Of a DNA stretch of 64,000 bases, positions 61,978 through 64,000 are shown piece by piece. Each line of letters begins with the position of its first letter. Position 1 is the stretch's first letter. Under the pieces are notes generated by a model. That model had not been told where the DNA came from. It searched no databases and saw only the letters and a list, made by a program, of their open reading frames with translations. Origin of the DNA: Desulfobacteraceae bacterium. Its GTDB lineage: Bacteria; Desulfobacterota; Desulfobacteria; Desulfobacterales; JAABSP01. The position numbers and the translations under genes are program-made. Location of the stretch: assembly GCA_011390345.1 (NCBI GenBank), contig JAABSP010000006.1, positions 35,108 through 99,107 of the forward strand, read 5' to 3'.

Positions 61978-63435
61978 ATGTTCATGGAACTCACCCGACG
62001 ATCCTTCATCAGGACAGCGCTGGCCGCGGCTGCATACGCGGCTGCCCCAAAGGGAATTCTTCCGGTCTATGGACAGGGGGAAGCCAAGGTTCGGGAATTT
62101 TCCCTTTCCGCATCGGTCGCCGGTATTGACCTTGGAACAGGCCGGGAATTCAATGCCTGGGCCTATAACGGGCAGGTTCCGGGTCCGGAAATTCGGGCCA
62201 AAGCAGGAGAGATCATCCGGGTGAGGCTCAAAAACGATCTGCCGGCGGCCACGACCATCCATTGGCATGGGGTACCGGTTCCCAATGAAATGGACGGCGT
62301 TCCGGGTGTCACCCAGAAGGCTGTTCAGCCGGGGGAGACCTTCCTCTATGAATTCAAGGCCGACCCTCCCGGTTCCTATATCTACCATTCTCATGTGGAA
62401 TATCAGCTCGATCAGGGGCTGTACGGGCCGTTGATCATCGAGCCGTCTGAGGAGAAAGAGTGGGATCGGGAATATACACTCACCTTGGAGGACTGGGTCA
62501 TGAAGGATGGCGGCGGGGTAGCGGCAACCCCACGCAGATCCACGATGGGAATGGGGATGATGCATGGCAGGATGGGAATGGGACGCGGCTTCGACAGGGA
62601 CAGTGGCCCTCTTCAGGAGCCGATCTATGATGCCTTTGCCGTAAACGGGAAGATATATCCGCATATGGAGCCCCTGACGGTGAAAAAGGGGGAGAAGGTC
62701 AAGCTACGGCTGATGAACCCCTCCTCTGCAACGATCTACGATCTTCGGCTGGCGGGCCATTCCCTCACCATCACCCATGCCGATGGAAGGCCCGTCCGGC
62801 CCTTGGAGACAGATGTGCTGCGAATCGGCATGGGAGAGCGCTATGATGTCACCTTTACCGCGGATCATCAGGGGCACTGGCTCCTGTCCGGAATCAATGC
62901 CGGCTACCGCGGCAATCCCGCGGTTCAGATCCCCATCCGGTATACGGGGATCCGGTCCGATTCGCCTGCCCCGCCCGCTTTCCGGGGCCCCGGGATTCGG
63001 TTTGCCGGATATTGGGACATGGAAGCGCTGACCCCCGAGTCCGCACAGCCCAGAGGAGAAGCGGGGAATGGCAAGGAGCCCGAATTGCTCCGTCAAACCC
63101 TGAGCGGCGGCATGCATTCCCCCTATTGGACCATCAACGGTCAGGTCTATCCGAATGTGGAACCGATCCGATTCCAAAGGAACGACAGGGTCCGAATCGC
63201 CTACTGGAACCGCAGCATGATGCCCCATCCCATGCATCTCCACGGCCATTTCTTCAAAGTGGTAAATGATCGATTGCCGCCAAGCCGATGGATCGAAAAG
63301 GATACCATCATCGTCAATTCCATGCAGGGGCTGATGATCGAATTCATTGCAGACAATCCGGGAGAATGGTTTCATCACTGCCATAATCTCTACCATCTGA
63401 TGGCCGGTATGGCCAATGTCGTCACCATCAGATAG
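61978..63435 (+). CDS. Tat-exported multicopper oxidase (CopA/CueO-like)
   Basis: Tat motif TRRSFI. Copper ligand motifs HWHG, HSH, HPMHLHGH and HCHNLYHLMAGM. Met-rich insert STMGMGMMHGRMGMGRG. Confidence 0.9.
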   Translation: MFMELTRRSFIRTALAAAAYAAAPKGILPVYGQGEAKVREFSLSASVAGIDLGTGREFNAWAYNGQVPGPEIRAKAGEIIRVRLKNDLPAATTIHWHGVPVPNEMDGVPGVTQKAVQPGETFLYEFKADPPGSYIYHSHVEYQLDQGLYGPLIIEPSEEKEWDREYTLTLEDWVMKDGGGVAATPRRSTMGMGMMHGRMGMGRGFDRDSGPLQEPIYDAFAVNGKIYPHMEPLTVKKGEKVKLRLMNPSSATIYDLRLAGHSLTITHADGRPVRPLETDVLRIGMGERYDVTFTADHQGHWLLSGINAGYRGNPAVQIPIRYTGIRSDSPAPPAFRGPGIRFAGYWDMEALTPESAQPRGEAGNGKEPELLRQTLSGGMHSPYWTINGQVYPNVEPIRFQRNDRVRIAYWNRSMMPHPMHLHGHFFKVVNDRLPPSRWIEKDTIIVNSMQGLMIEFIADNPGEWFHHCHNLYHLMAGMANVVTIR

Positions 63436-63529
63436 AAGACACATCCTGGGACAATTTTCTCTCTTTCTTTTCTTTGAAAACGGTTTATCTTGATCCTGTG
63501 AAAAACTTGTATTGAAAGAAGGGGGAAAT

Positions 63530-64000
63530 ATGGAAAGCGCCGACTTCAAAACGGATTCAAATCACCAGGAACGCTCCCGATTATACCAGCGGGCACTGAT
63601 CCTCGCCTATGTCACCATCATATATAACCTCATCGAAGGTGTGGTCGCGGTCTTCTTCGGCATGGAGGACGAGACCTTGTCCCTTTTCGGCTTCGGCCTC
63701 GACTCCTTTGTGGAGGTGATCTCGGGAATCGGGATATGGCACATGACCCGAAGGCTTCGCCACGGGGACATCTCCGATACCGATCCCTTCGAGCGCCGGG
63801 CCCTGCGGATCACCGGGGCCGCGTTCTATCTGCTGACCGCGGGCCTGATCGCAACGGCCACCATCAATCTCATCCAGGGCCACCAGCCCGAGACCACCTT
63901 CTGGGGGATCGTGATCTCCTCCATCTCCATCTTCACCATGTGGCTGCTGATCCATCTTAAAATGAAGGTGGGAAATGCCCTCAATTCTCAAGCCATTGTC
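63530..64000 (+). CDS. Cation diffusion facilitator (CDF)-like transporter, N-terminal part (runs off the window end)
   Basis: My own translation from the ATG at 63530 (after GGGGGA): MESADFKTD...ILAYVTIIYNLIEGVVAVFFGMEDETLSLFGFGLDSFVEVISG...ISIFTMWLLIHLKMKVG. This is the TM1/TM2 pattern of cation efflux proteins. It is in frame to the window end. Confidence 0.6.
   Translation, partial: MESADFKTDSNHQERSRLYQRALILAYVTIIYNLIEGVVAVFFGMEDETLSLFGFGLDSFVEVISGIGIWHMTRRLRHGDISDTDPFERRALRITGAAFYLLTAGLIATATINLIQGHQPETTFWGIVISSISIFTMWLLIHLKMKVGNALNSQAIV

Noticed and set aside
1-64000. A search by eye for tRNA T-loop motifs (GGTTCGAATCC-like), rRNA, CRISPR repeat-spacer periodicity, transposases, integrases and phage genes.
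   Set aside because: I recognised none of these. The only GGTTCGAA-like strings lie inside well-supported coding regions. tRNAscan-SE, Infernal and an IS-finder search would be the decisive checks.

Overview
This 64-kb segment looks chromosomal and is roughly 55-60% GC by eye. Its gene content (multiheme cytochromes, hemerythrin, class III PhaEC, Mrp antiporter, many sensor kinases) suggests an anaerobic Desulfobacterota-like bacterium; that is inference only. All calls come from reading the supplied ORF translations plus my own translation of two edge genes. No database search was run.

I support about 60 protein-coding genes. I recognised no rRNA, tRNA, CRISPR array, transposase or integrase.

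Main blocks:
- 1-7.2 kb: a partial REC-histidine kinase and a complete mrpABCDEFG cation/proton antiporter operon.
- 7.2-14.5 kb: stress and housekeeping genes (PfpI, aldo/keto reductase, permease, Usp), an octaheme lipoprotein cytochrome c and an orphan substrate-binding protein.
- 14.8-21.5 kb: an unusual set of exported proteins. These are a domain-permuted PEP-utilizing/ATP-grasp enzyme with a signal peptide and two class-A beta-lactamase-fold hydrolases, next to a TLC/Npt-like transporter.
- 21.5-24.1 kb: a eukaryote-type UGPase and ilvE.
- 24.8-33.6 kb: a large PHA locus. It holds phaE, phaC with a histone-H1-like tail, phaR, phaJ, two phasin-like paralogs, a second PhaC-like synthase, a triple-GAF protein and a PilZ-like protein.
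- 33.7-39.1 kb: a binding protein plus hybrid kinase, and a disulfide-less flavoprotein.
- 40.7-46.6 kb: a sugar/glucan catabolic operon that starts with a REC gene.
- 46.8-64 kb: a metal locus.

The most interesting candidate lies in the metal locus. It is a minus-strand operon divergent from copA that joins a lipoprotein, a His-tailed cytochrome c, a periplasmic tandem rhodanese and a split YeeE/YedE sulfur transporter. The rhodanese ends in a SoxY-like ...SCGG arm. A 3x19-bp repeat follows, then two secreted PepSY-like proteins, one of which is extremely methionine-rich. Downstream of copA, a type II R-M pair interrupts the locus. After it come a ferredoxin / His-rich membrane protein / heptaheme cytochrome / SHOCT / multicopper oxidase block and a partial CDF transporter.
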